From an uncultured delta proteobacterium (GTDB lineage Bacteria; Myxococcota; UBA727; VGSZ01): a stretch of 64,000 nt of DNA. Below are positions 9,976 to 19,154 of the stretch, piece after piece; within the stretch, counting starts at the first letter, position 1; every line of letters starts with the position of its first letter. Under the pieces are notes generated by a model. The model saw only the letters and a program-made list of their open reading frames with translations. It did not search any database and had not been told where the DNA came from. Location: the NCBI GenBank assembly GCA_963775425.1, contig CAVZJB010000011.1:128001-192000 (forward strand). The letters are read 5' to 3'. The position numbers were made by a program, and so were the translations under genes.

Positions 9976-10108
9976 CGCGGAAGAACCGCGTCGACGAGGT
10001 GGGCAGCGCAGTCCGCGGCGCGCCGACCGGTGCATGACGGGCACACCGCGCGCCGCTTGCACGGTCGTGGTCGGCGTGCTCGCGTTGTTCGTCCTCAAGT
10101 AGCGCCGC

Positions 10109-11713
10109 TCACGGGCGGTACTGGATACGCCCCGCCGGCGGCGGCGACACCGGCGAGTGCGTACGGAACCACGCGATGAGCGCGTCGACGTCGACCGGGC
10201 CGGTGGTCACATCGCGGCCGGCGGCGAACACGCCGCGCTCGACGAGGAAGTTGTTGACGGTGACGCGGTACTCGCCGGCAGGCGCAAGCGGCTTGTCCCC
10301 CACGAGGACGCTGCCGGGCACCACGTGCCGCCCCGACGCGTCGGGCCCGGACCACGCGTAGCTGAGCCCGGACACCTGCAGGATGCCCTGCTGCGACGAG
10401 AACTGGTCCTCGAGGGCCCGCTCGATCTGCGCGCCGGTGAGCGTGACCGTCTCGAGCACGTTGCCGAACGGGTGCACCGCGAACAGCTCCGCGACCGTGA
10501 CCTCGCCCGGCTGCTCATCGCCCGTCGGCGCGACGAGCAGGGAATCGCGCAGGCCGCCGTTCTGCTGGAACGCGATGCGCGCGCCCGCCGGCGCCGTGGC
10601 CGCGAGCTGCGCATCGGCGTCGACGTCGCCCAGGCTGCTCTCTCCCGCGACGTTCGGCGTCGCTCGCAGGTCGGCCGTGACGGTGCCGGTGACCTCGGCG
10701 CCGATGTCGACGGACGCCGCGACCGCCTCGGCCACGGCGGCGGCGACGCCCGCGTCCGGCGCGATGTCGTGGTCGACGTCGCGCGTGAGCGGAGCGCCGG
10801 CCGTCACCGTGCGCGCGTCGAGATCCACGGTGAGGTCGACCTCGCCGAACACGTCGCCAAAGGCGCCGGCGGCGATGGTCGGCACATCGTCGATGGGACA
10901 TGCGAAGCGCGCGTGGGAGTGCCCCGACAGCACCACGTCGACGACGTCCGCGACCGCGGACGTGAACGGCACGATGTCACCGCCCAGCGAACACCCGAAC
11001 AGCGGCGCGCCGGGCACGTGGGTAAGCGCGATGACGACGTCGGCGCCCTCCTCGCGCAGCACTCCGGCCTCGCGTCGGACGGCGACCGCCTCATCGTCGA
11101 ACGTGAGGCCCTCGACCGCCGTCGCGACGGTCACGGTAGGCGTCTTGCGCCAGGACGCGCCGACGAGGCCGACGTGCGCGCCAGCGACGTCGACGATGGC
11201 GCCGGGGAGGAAGGCGGGCGAGCCGTCGTCGAGAGCTACGTTCGCCGCCAGGAAGGGAAAGGACGCGCCCGGCCACGGGTGGTCGCACGGGTCGCCGTCG
11301 TGGCAGCCACCGCTTTCCAGGCGCACCAGCTCGTCATACCCCTCGTCGAGCTCGTGGTTGCCGACCGCGCTCGCGGCGAGGCCCATGCGCCCCATGATGT
11401 CGAGCGTGGGCTCGTCGTGCTGGACGGCGGACGGCAACGGGCTCGCGCCGAGGATGTCACCCGCGCCGACCAACAGCGCGCCGTCGACGCCGCGCGCGCG
11501 TTCCTTCAGGTGCGCCGCGAGCCACGCCGCCCCGCCGACGTCCCCGTGCGCCTCGAGGTTGCCGTGGAAGTCGCCGATGGACAGGACGCGCAGCGTGACC
11601 TCGCCGCGTGGCTGCAAAGGCGTCGTGTGGTGGCCGTCGGGGCCGCCGCAGGCCGCGAACGCACCGAGCGCCACGAGGAAGAACGCGGCGCCAAGGCCGG
11701 TGGTCGTGCGCAT
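10109..11713 (-). CDS. Bifunctional metallophosphatase/5'-nucleotidase lipoprotein
   Basis: GDFHG, AGD, GNHE, GHSH and N.GGLR/PFGN motifs; lipobox-like AFAAC. Confidence 0.92.
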   Translation of the reverse strand: MRTTTGLGAAFFLVALGAFAACGGPDGHHTTPLQPRGEVTLRVLSIGDFHGNLEAHGDVGGAAWLAAHLKERARGVDGALLVGAGDILGASPLPSAVQHDEPTLDIMGRMGLAASAVGNHELDEGYDELVRLESGGCHDGDPCDHPWPGASFPFLAANVALDDGSPAFLPGAIVDVAGAHVGLVGASWRKTPTVTVATAVEGLTFDDEAVAVRREAGVLREEGADVVIALTHVPGAPLFGCSLGGDIVPFTSAVADVVDVVLSGHSHARFACPIDDVPTIAAGAFGDVFGEVDLTVDLDARTVTAGAPLTRDVDHDIAPDAGVAAAVAEAVAASVDIGAEVTGTVTADLRATPNVAGESSLGDVDADAQLAATAPAGARIAFQQNGGLRDSLLVAPTGDEQPGEVTVAELFAVHPFGNVLETVTLTGAQIERALEDQFSSQQGILQVSGLSYAWSGPDASGRHVVPGSVLVGDKPLAPAGEYRVTVNNFLVERGVFAAGRDVTTGPVDVDALIAWFRTHSPVSPPPAGRIQYRP

Positions 11714-11745
11714 GACTCGCCCCCTGTTGGGTGCACGAGAGCACC

Positions 11746-11761
11746 AGCACCGTCCGTGCCA
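11746..11761 (-). promoter_or_regulatory. Sigma54 (-24/-12) promoter of the 5'-nucleotidase
   Basis: Minus strand TGGCACGGACGGTGCT: GG-N10-GC, 33 nt upstream of the ATG. Confidence 0.6.
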
Positions 11762-11998
11762 CCGAGGCGCGACGCCCCATGGGCACGGCGCCGCGCGCGG
11801 TTGGGGCAGCGCACACGTCCGGTGTGTACGAGCGAACTGTTACGACGCGCGCGAGGCGGCGACCACGTCGCCCTTCTTCTGCACGACCGGAACATCGTCC
11901 GGCGCGCAGCTGGCGGCTTCGGTCAATTCGTTGGCGGGACCGGTCAGCGACGCGCCCGCGGGGGGCGCGTACGCATAAGGCGAACCCCGGAGGTCGCC

Positions 11999-12781
11999 AT
12001 GGTCGTCACCGCTGTCTTGCACGCCGCGCTCGCGCTCATCGTCTACGTCTGCACGGCGCTGGCGTTCGTCGCCGCCCTGCGTGCGCTCGGGCTCTCCGTG
12101 CGCAAGGGGAGCGACGGCGCCGTCTCCGTCCGCGCCGCGGCGCTCGGCTTCGCCGCCAACCTGGCCGCGGCGTCGGCCGTCGCCGCGCTGTGGTGCGCGC
12201 TCGAGGGACGCCCGCTCGTCGCGATCGGCTTCTCCTTCGGCGCGCGCGCCGCCGCCGTGGCCGGCGCGGGCGTCGTCGCCGCCGTCGTCGTGGGCGCCGC
12301 CGCCGCCGTCTTGTTCGGCGGAGCCGTCGCGCCCGGCGTGGAGCGCGGGCGAGGCGCCGTCGTCGTGGTCGTCGGCCTCGCCGCGCTCGCGGCCGCTGCC
12401 TTTGCGGAGGAGCTGCTCTTCCGCGGCTACCTGCTCTCGGTGCTGCGCGCGCTCGGCACGCCGACGGCCGTGGCGCTCTCGACGGGCGCGTTCGTGGCGG
12501 TGCACTTCCTCACGACGCGCGCGAGCGCGGGGCAGGTGGCGAGCTGGATCGTCGGCGGGCTGTTGCTGGCGGTGGTGTTCCTGCACACGGGCTCGCTCGC
12601 CGCGGCGACCGCGGTGCACCTCGCGCGCAACGTCGCGAACGCCATGTTCCTCGACCCCGTGCCGGGCCTGGCGCGCGTTCGCCTGCGCGCGCCGCTGTCG
12701 CCGTGGCAGCGCGCGGCGGCGCACGCCGCGCATGCCGTCGTCGTCGCCGTCGCCGTCGCCGTGTCGTCGGGCGGCCACTGA
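11999..12781 (+). CDS. CPBP (CAAX/Abi) intramembrane metalloprotease
   Basis: EELLFRG, F...H and H..RN motifs, multiple TMs, GGAGG SD. Confidence 0.88.
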   Translation: MVVTAVLHAALALIVYVCTALAFVAALRALGLSVRKGSDGAVSVRAAALGFAANLAAASAVAALWCALEGRPLVAIGFSFGARAAAVAGAGVVAAVVVGAAAAVLFGGAVAPGVERGRGAVVVVVGLAALAAAAFAEELLFRGYLLSVLRALGTPTAVALSTGAFVAVHFLTTRASAGQVASWIVGGLLLAVVFLHTGSLAAATAVHLARNVANAMFLDPVPGLARVRLRAPLSPWQRAAAHAAHAVVVAVAVAVSSGGH

Positions 12782-12819
12782 CCCGCGCCCGATGGCGGCG
12801 CCTGCGGCGCGCCGCGGTC

Positions 12820-13857
12820 TCAGCGGGCGGCGCGCACCTGCGCGGGCGAGCGGCCGGTCCAGCGCTTGAAGGCGCGGATGAAGGCGCTCGGCTCCGAGAA
12901 GCCGAGGAGGAACGCGACCTCGGCCACCGACAGCCGCTGCGAGCGCAGGTAGGAGACGGCGAGGTCGCGGCGGACCTCGTCGAGCACCGCGCGGAACGTC
13001 GTCCCCTCCTCCTGCAGCCGGCGCGCGAGGCTGCGCTCGCTCATGGCGAGCCGGCGGGCTGCCTGCGCGAGAGAAGGCGCCTCGCCCTTCGCGCTCCCGG
13101 CGAGGACCTCGCGCACCCGCCGCGTGACGCCCGCGGGGTCCTGCGCCTGCGCGAGCAGCCGCTGCGCCTCGGCCTCGAAGAAGCTCTGCATGCCGGCGTG
13201 GCGGTGCCGGCACGCAAGCGCGAGCACCGACGCGGGCAGGACCAGCTCGTGGCGCGCGGCGCGCCAGACGAGGGGCGCGTCGAAGAAGCGCTCGTGATCG
13301 CTGGTGTCGCGCGGCGGCGCGCACGCGAGCCGCACCTCGACGGGCCGCACGTGCTGGCCGCTCACCTCGCGCATCGCCGCCAGGTGCTCTCCGAGGCCGA
13401 GCTCCACCACGGCGCGGCTCGCGTCGGCATGTCCCGCGGGCAGCCGCGCGTCCTGCCGCACCAGGCGCACGACGTCGCCGTCGTCGACGAGCGCGAAGTC
13501 GTCGGCGGCGAAGCGTATGCGGCGGTAGCGCAGCGCGAGGCGCAGCGCGGCGCCGACGTCTGCGGCGGTGAGGCAGACGTAGCCGAGCACCTGGTGGTCC
13601 TCGAGGCGCGAGCGCTCCGCCTGCCGCACGAGGAAGCCGTCGCCGAAGCGCAAGAGCCCTGCCTCGACGAGCGCGACCACGACGTGCGCCGCGTCCGGCG
13701 CCCCCGGCGCGACCAGCGGAGCGTCGGGATCGACGCCGAACTCCAGGAGCACCGCGCGCGGGTCGGCGCCCTCGGCCCGCAGCGCTCCGAGCAGCGGCTG
13801 ATAGCCGTCGATCTGTGTGCGAGGCTGGGCGCCGTCGTCGCCGGCCACGGCGTTCAC
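12820..13857 (-). CDS. AraC-family transcriptional regulator (Arabinose_bd_2-type N-terminus)
   Basis: MSERSLARRL.EEGTTF and VAFLLGFSEPSAF.RAFKRWTG.SP. Confidence 0.9.
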   Translation of the reverse strand: MNAVAGDDGAQPRTQIDGYQPLLGALRAEGADPRAVLLEFGVDPDAPLVAPGAPDAAHVVVALVEAGLLRFGDGFLVRQAERSRLEDHQVLGYVCLTAADVGAALRLALRYRRIRFAADDFALVDDGDVVRLVRQDARLPAGHADASRAVVELGLGEHLAAMREVSGQHVRPVEVRLACAPPRDTSDHERFFDAPLVWRAARHELVLPASVLALACRHRHAGMQSFFEAEAQRLLAQAQDPAGVTRRVREVLAGSAKGEAPSLAQAARRLAMSERSLARRLQEEGTTFRAVLDEVRRDLAVSYLRSQRLSVAEVAFLLGFSEPSAFIRAFKRWTGRSPAQVRAAR

Positions 13858-14027
13858 CGGCGCCCGCGGTACTCCATCATGTCCTGCATCTTGCTCTCGG
13901 CGGCGGCGGCGATCTGGCCCTCCTCCTCGATGCGGCTCTTGCAGTCCTCGCAGACCTTCTTGGTCTTGCCGCCGACCTTCACGGCGAAGAGCTCCTCGAC
14001 GTCTTCACCGCACGACTTGCACTTCAC
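13854..14027 (-). CDS. Small zinc-ribbon protein (57 aa)
   Basis: CKSC...VCEDC, GGAGG SD, stop overlaps the AraC start (GTGA). Confidence 0.75.
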   Translation of the reverse strand: MKCKSCGEDVEELFAVKVGGKTKKVCEDCKSRIEEEGQIAAAAESKMQDMMEYRGRR

Positions 14028-14627
14028 GGTCCACCTCCACCGCCCCGGTCGCAGAAGCCTAGCGGTCCGCCGCACGGTGTCGAGGGCTGTGTGCCCCGCC
14101 TCCGTGCTTCCAGAACTGCGCGCCGCCTCCCGCAGCGGCGGCGCTCCGCGCGCTCCCGGCGGCGCAGCAAAGTTCGAACCACGCTGCGTAGCGTGCGCGG
14201 CGCCCTTGATCCCGCGCGCTCGCGCAAATGTCGACGACCCCGCGCGCGTGCTCAGCATCGAGCACAAGCTTCAGAAGCTTGACCCGGTTATCGACGTCGT
14301 GGCGCCGCGGAAGGAGCTCGAGCACCTCGTTGCCATGCTGACGAACCTCGTGCGCCGTTGCGAGGCGTAGACGTTGGCCACGGGAAACGCGCACGCACCA
14401 GCGCACGGCGAAGGGGCCGGGCATGGGCAGGCGCAGTTCGAAAGCGCCGACAAGTGGGTTCGCCAAGCCCTCGACGTCGTTGACGACTCGCTTCACCCTC
14501 ACCAGCGAAGAAAAGTTGCGCAGATCAGTTGCGCCGCTTCACAAGTCGAACCGCGCTCCGTGCTGACCGCGACCGTGCCCGCACTGAATGTTGTTGGCGG
14601 CAGGGTCGGTGAAGACGGTCTGCTGCG

Positions 14628-15407
14628 CTAGCGCGGTGTGGACGCAGCCGGTGCTGGGAGCGCGCCGCCCGACCAAGCGCCACATGTGCCCAGGGTCTTC
14701 CGATCTTGCTGCACGGGTGTGGCGGCCGGAGCGATGCGACAGACCGCGCTGATCAGCGCGCGCGCCTGCGCGAGCGCGAGCCCGGCCCCGCCCACCATCT
14801 CCCCTTTGCTCCCGAACGCATCCACCTCGAAGTTCTTCCCGATTCGGGGCACCTTCACGCGCCCGATCTCTCGTCCAGGAATGCACGACTCGGGCGCGGC
14901 GGCATCGGCAGCGAAGCTGACCTGACGCCTCTGTACGACGATGGAGGCGGTGCCCGGCAACACATGCCGGCCGAACACGAGATGCGCCGGGACCACGTGC
15001 GCTTTCGCAACACCCTGCACTGCCACGCAGTCCGCCGGACTCCCACTGTTGAGCGCGGCGATGCACGCTTGCGTCTCCGGCGTCGGCGGAAGGAAGAGCT
15101 CCGCCTGTGGCGCGTGGCTCACGTTGCTCAACACGAACCACTGCGTTTCCCCGAAGCCGCGTTGCAGAGTGGCGTCAGTGACCTCGAGCCGCGCGGGCTT
15201 GTCCGGTCGCAAGCAGAGAGCTCCGTCGCGGACGAACAGCGCTCCCGTCTCGCCCACGCCGGACTCCGAGTACACCGAGCCCGAGAACAGGGGGCCCTCG
15301 GGGCTGGTCACGGCCAAAGACAACATGAACAGAGCCAGCACGATTTCCTCCAAGAGACGTCGCTGGTGAGGGTCCCATGGGCTTTTGGCAGCCCGCAAGC
15401 TCCTCAA
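14628..15407 (-). CDS. Hypothetical exported protein (atypical composition; start uncertain)
   Basis: Long ORF with a hydrophobic N-terminal segment and several Cys; less GC-biased codons. Confidence 0.45.
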   Translation of the reverse strand: MRSLRAAKSPWDPHQRRLLEEIVLALFMLSLAVTSPEGPLFSGSVYSESGVGETGALFVRDGALCLRPDKPARLEVTDATLQRGFGETQWFVLSNVSHAPQAELFLPPTPETQACIAALNSGSPADCVAVQGVAKAHVVPAHLVFGRHVLPGTASIVVQRRQVSFAADAAAPESCIPGREIGRVKVPRIGKNFEVDAFGSKGEMVGGAGLALAQARALISAVCRIAPAATPVQQDRKTLGTCGAWSGGALPAPAASTPR

Positions 15408-16118
15408 ACTGATGGCGCTGCGTGCCGTCGCTCGTCGCCGTCGAGGTTCCGGAGCACCGCGAAGCGATCAATGCACGAGCAAGGTCGCGCCCCGGCGCGC
15501 GCGACGACGTCGCTTCGGCGCTACTGGCGCTTCGCTTTGAAGGAGCCGTCGCTGAAGGTGAGGGTGGTGGAGCCGTCGGAGCTCACGAGGTCCATGGCGA
15601 AGCGGCCGCTGAGGATGTCGCCGTCGACGCCGAGGATGTAATCTCGCAGCGGCCGCACCGCGGGAAGCGGCGCCAACTGCAACGGCGAAAGCCGGCCGCA
15701 ACGAAGAGGACCTCATGCTCACGGCGCGACGCGCGGCTCTAGCTGCGTCGGGCCGACGAGCGTCGCCGGTCATGCTCGCCTGAAGGAATTCGGCGGGCCG
15801 TCGACGGGGACAAGAGCTCGAATCGCGTTCCGGTAGAGCGCGATGAGTTCTGGCGTTGCGGCGCTACGCCTCGCCGCAACCTCAACCGCCTGCGCGCGTT
15901 CCTCGTCGTTCGCGTTTGCATCCACGTACCCGGACATCGCGGCAGCGACTGCGGAGGTGTCGTCGTCGTCTGCTCGATATGTCTGTACGACCAGGCGACC
16001 CAACGCTGCCGCGAGAAACCCGCGACCGCTGGGCGCCTGGTCCGCCGCACGGAGAGCGATCTCAATACGAAAGCGGAGGTCGGTCGCTGAGTCGCAGCCG
16101 TTGAGGGTGGGCGATGGA

Positions 16119-16193
16119 TGGTGAGCCTGCAGGGATTCGAACCCTGGACCGATGGATTAAAAGTCCACTGCTCTACCACTGAGCTACGGGCCC
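16119..16193 (-). tRNA. tRNA-Lys (TTT)
   Basis: Minus strand GGGCCCG-TA-GCTCAGTGGTAGAGC-A-GTGGA-CTTTTAA-TCCAT...GGTTCGAATCC...CAGGCTC-A-CCA; C6-A67 mismatch. Confidence 0.93.
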
Positions 16194-16260
16194 GCAGCCA
16201 GAGTACGGAGCCTCGTTGAGCGCGTCCACGCGATGCACCCGTGTGCTAGCGTCCGCCGCC

Positions 16261-16743
16261 ATGCAGGCGAACATCCGCGAGTACCGCGTCGAGGACAAGG
16301 AGCGCGTCGTCGCGCTTTCGCTGCGCGCGTGGGCGCCCGTGTTCGCGTCGCTCGAGGCGATCCTCGGCGCGGAGATCTTCACGCGGCTGCACGGCGACTG
16401 GCGCGAGTACCAGGCGCGCGCGGTGCGCGACACGCTCGCGAACGCCGCCGTTCGCACCTGGGTTGCCGAGGGCGCGCGCGGCGTCGCGGGGTTCGTCGCG
16501 GCGAACCTGCACAAGGAGCAGGCGATGGGCGAGGTGTGGATGCTCGCGGTCGACCCCGACGAGCAGGAGCACGGCATCGGCCTCGCGCTCACCGAGTTCG
16601 CGACCGCGTGGCTGCGCCAATCCGGCATGAAGATCGCGATGATCGACAGCGGCGGAGACCCCGGCCACGCGCCGGCGCGGCACGTCTACGAGAAGGCCGG
16701 CTACACGCTCCTGCCCGTCGCCCGCTACTTCAAGGCGATCTAG
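16261..16743 (+). CDS. GNAT family N-acetyltransferase
   Basis: LAVDPDEQEHGIG motif A; APARHVYEKAGY. Confidence 0.88.
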   Translation: MQANIREYRVEDKERVVALSLRAWAPVFASLEAILGAEIFTRLHGDWREYQARAVRDTLANAAVRTWVAEGARGVAGFVAANLHKEQAMGEVWMLAVDPDEQEHGIGLALTEFATAWLRQSGMKIAMIDSGGDPGHAPARHVYEKAGYTLLPVARYFKAI

Positions 16744-16801
16744 CGTTCGCTCCACCGCCCGTTCGAAAGGAGCCCGCCCATGGCGGGGCGCCGATCCCGG
16801 C

Positions 16802-17326
16802 GAGCTGTGGGCCGCGGGGAGCGGAGGCCACCTCTACCGCGACACCGGCGCGGGGCTCGTCGACGTCACCACGGATACGCGAGACGCCGTCCTCGCCGTC
16901 ACCGGCCACGCCGTCGGCGACGTCACCGCGTTCTTCGCCGACCGGAACGTCGGCGCGCCGCCCATCTATCACTGGGACGGACAAGCGCTGTCGGAGGTGC
17001 CGTCGCTCGAGCACCCGGTGACGGTGCAGCGCTTCGGCGACGTCACCTATGCCGTCGACCTCTTCGAGGGCGGCTTCACCGTCGTGCTCCCGAGCGTGCA
17101 TGGGACGAGCGCGCGCCTCTCGGGGAACACCGAGATCGGGCAAGCTGCGTTGGTGTCGCCGTCGGAGGGCTACGCGCTCAACGAGCTCGGCGGCGTCCTG
17201 GACTTCGACGGCGCCGCCTTCACCGACGACGGCCTCCGCTTCCTCAACCACGGACGCGGGCTCCGAGCGATCGAGAGCGGTGTCTTTGTCGTCGGCGACT
17301 TCGGCTTCGTGCTGCGCCACGAGTGA
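16802..17326 (+). pseudogene. 5'-truncated fragment of a beta-propeller-like exported protein
   Basis: Open frame ELWAAGSGGHLY...VFVVGDFGFVLRHE lacks a start codon or signal peptide at its 5' end. Confidence 0.45.
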
Positions 17327-17351
17327 CCGGCGCGGCCACGGCGGCGTGTCG

Positions 17352-17927
17352 CTAGTCGACGTCGGCGACGTCGAACGTACCGGTCACGTCGATGGTGGTT
17401 CCGGTGTTGGTGGTCTCGCCCAGCGTGCTCGTGAACGAGCCGATGAGCTCACCGCCTTCGCTGAAGTCGGCGTCGACGGTGATGCTGCAGCTCGCGCCGG
17501 TGCTGATGCCGTTGTAGACGGTGCCGCTCTCGCCGACGGTGATGTTGACCGAGCTGTCGCACGCGTAGCTGCCGGCGGGGACGCTGGTCCCGGAGGTGTT
17601 CCAGTTCACGATGGCGCTGGAGCCGTTGTCGCCGCCGAGCGCGTTGGCGCTCGCGACCACGACGTTGCCGGCGTTGAGGAAGTGGCCCACCGCGTTGTTG
17701 ACGGAGTGCGCGTGGCCGTCGGCCGTCCACGAGAACGTCCCGGCGTCGCCTTCGCCTTCGCCCTCTCCTTCGCCCTCTCCTTCGCCCTCCCCTTCGCCTT
17801 CCCCTTCGCCTTCCCCTTCGCCTTCCCCTTCACCTTCACCTTCGCCTTCGGCGGGGCAGGCTGTCAGGGCGCTGAGCCCGGCGACGGACACGAAGAGGAT
17901 GGCGACGAGAGATGCGCGAACGAACAT
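17352..17927 (-). CDS. (Glu-Gly)n-tract lipoprotein 1 with a small beta-rich passenger domain
   Basis: AAGGAG SD, lipobox LTAC, ~17 EG units (17748-17849), acidic/Thr/Ser-rich C-terminal domain. Confidence 0.85.
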   Translation of the reverse strand: MFVRASLVAILFVSVAGLSALTACPAEGEGEGEGEGEGEGEGEGEGEGEGEGEGEGEGEGDAGTFSWTADGHAHSVNNAVGHFLNAGNVVVASANALGGDNGSSAIVNWNTSGTSVPAGSYACDSSVNITVGESGTVYNGISTGASCSITVDADFSEGGELIGSFTSTLGETTNTGTTIDVTGTFDVADVD

Positions 17928-18499
17928 GAGTGCTCCTTTTCTGCGCGCATCATGGGGCGAAACGCGCCCCACGTTGAGGCATTTTTCCCGAGGCTGCGGA
18001 CGCGGAGATTTTCCCCCGCCGAGGGCAACTTCTCGCGCTGCCGCTTGCGGTGGCGAGCCAGGCGAGATCGACGTAGCCGCCGCGGGGCGGTTCTTGCGCG
18101 AGCGTCAAAAAGCGCGCGGCGAAGAGCCTGACAACGGCGGTGACGTCGTCGGCACCGGCGCCCTTGTCCTTGAGCGCGCGCGCGCGCCGCGTGCGCTGGC
18201 GCCCGATCCGCGGTGCGCCCGCGCACCGTGCCGTGCAGGGCGCTCAGTCCCACCAGAAGAACAGGTCCGTTTCGTCGCCGGCGTCGACGCGCGCCTTGCT
18301 CGCGCCCACGGCCTTGGCGACCGCGACGGACGCGACTTGCGCTCCCCGCCGCATGTCCCTGGGGCGTTCTCGGCGGCCTCGACGGCGAGGAGGCCGCGCC
18401 GCGAGAGCGCACGCGCGCTGCGCGCGACCAGGGAGGGCGGCGTGGCGGCGCAGAAGATCAAGCTCGGCGAGGGCTTCCATCCCGCGCGCGAGAAGGGGT

Positions 18500-19091
18500 C
18501 GTTCGACGCGTCGAGGACGAAAACCACGACGGCCTGCAGGAGCCCGGCGAGACCGACGCCGCCGACCCCGACAGCGACGGCGACGGCCTCGACGACGGCC
18601 TCGAGCGCGTCGCCCTCTACCCCGGCGCCGCGTGTCCCGACGGCCACGCCAATCCCCTCGACGCCGACAGGGACGGCGACGGCGTCCTCGACGGCGCCGA
18701 GGAGCAAAACCACGACGGCCTCATCGACGCCGGCGAGACCAGCCCCTGCGCGCTGCCGCCGACGGGCGCGCGCGCCCCGGATCCCAGCGCGGCCGCGCCT
18801 GTGCCGCCGCCCGTCGGTGAGCGCGACCCCGAGCGCGCCGCCCCCGAGATCCTGCCGCCGACCACGCCCGAGCTCCCCGCGCCCCTCGGGCCGTCACCCT
18901 CGTCGACGACCGCGCCGTCCGCGTCGTCGCCGTCGCCGCCGTCGTGGCTCGCGCAGGCCGCGGTGACGTTGTCGGGCTCCACAGTCTGGGGCTGCTCGTC
19001 GTCGTCGTCCACGCCGGACGCCGCCGTCCTCGCGCTGCTCGTCGTCGCCCTGGCGAAGCGTCGGCGGCGGCGCGCTGCGTCGCGCCGCTGA
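18500..19091 (+). pseudogene. C-terminal fragment of a Ca-binding (DxDGDG repeat) surface protein with a MYXO-CTERM-like tail
   Basis: DPDSDGDGLDDG and DADRDGDGVLDG repeats, Pro linker, GCSSS...hydrophobic helix-RRRRR; no credible 5' part. Confidence 0.6.
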
Positions 19092-19154
19092 CGCGGACGA
19101 CGCGCGCGTGATACCCCGTTCCGCCGACGCGGCCGAGCCGATACCGACGCTCCG

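Noticed and set aside
10157-14370. Very long Arg/Ala-rich ORFs (874 aa, 879 aa) and similar ones throughout the window
   Set aside because: Shadow ORFs typical of high-GC DNA, antisense or out of frame to well-supported genes; only the last 260 aa of the 874-aa ORF is real (CPBP protease).
14100-16119. Intact integrative element or prophage at tRNA-Lys
   Set aside because: No integrase, no phage genes and no duplicated tRNA 3' end (only a 7-bp match near 15364).
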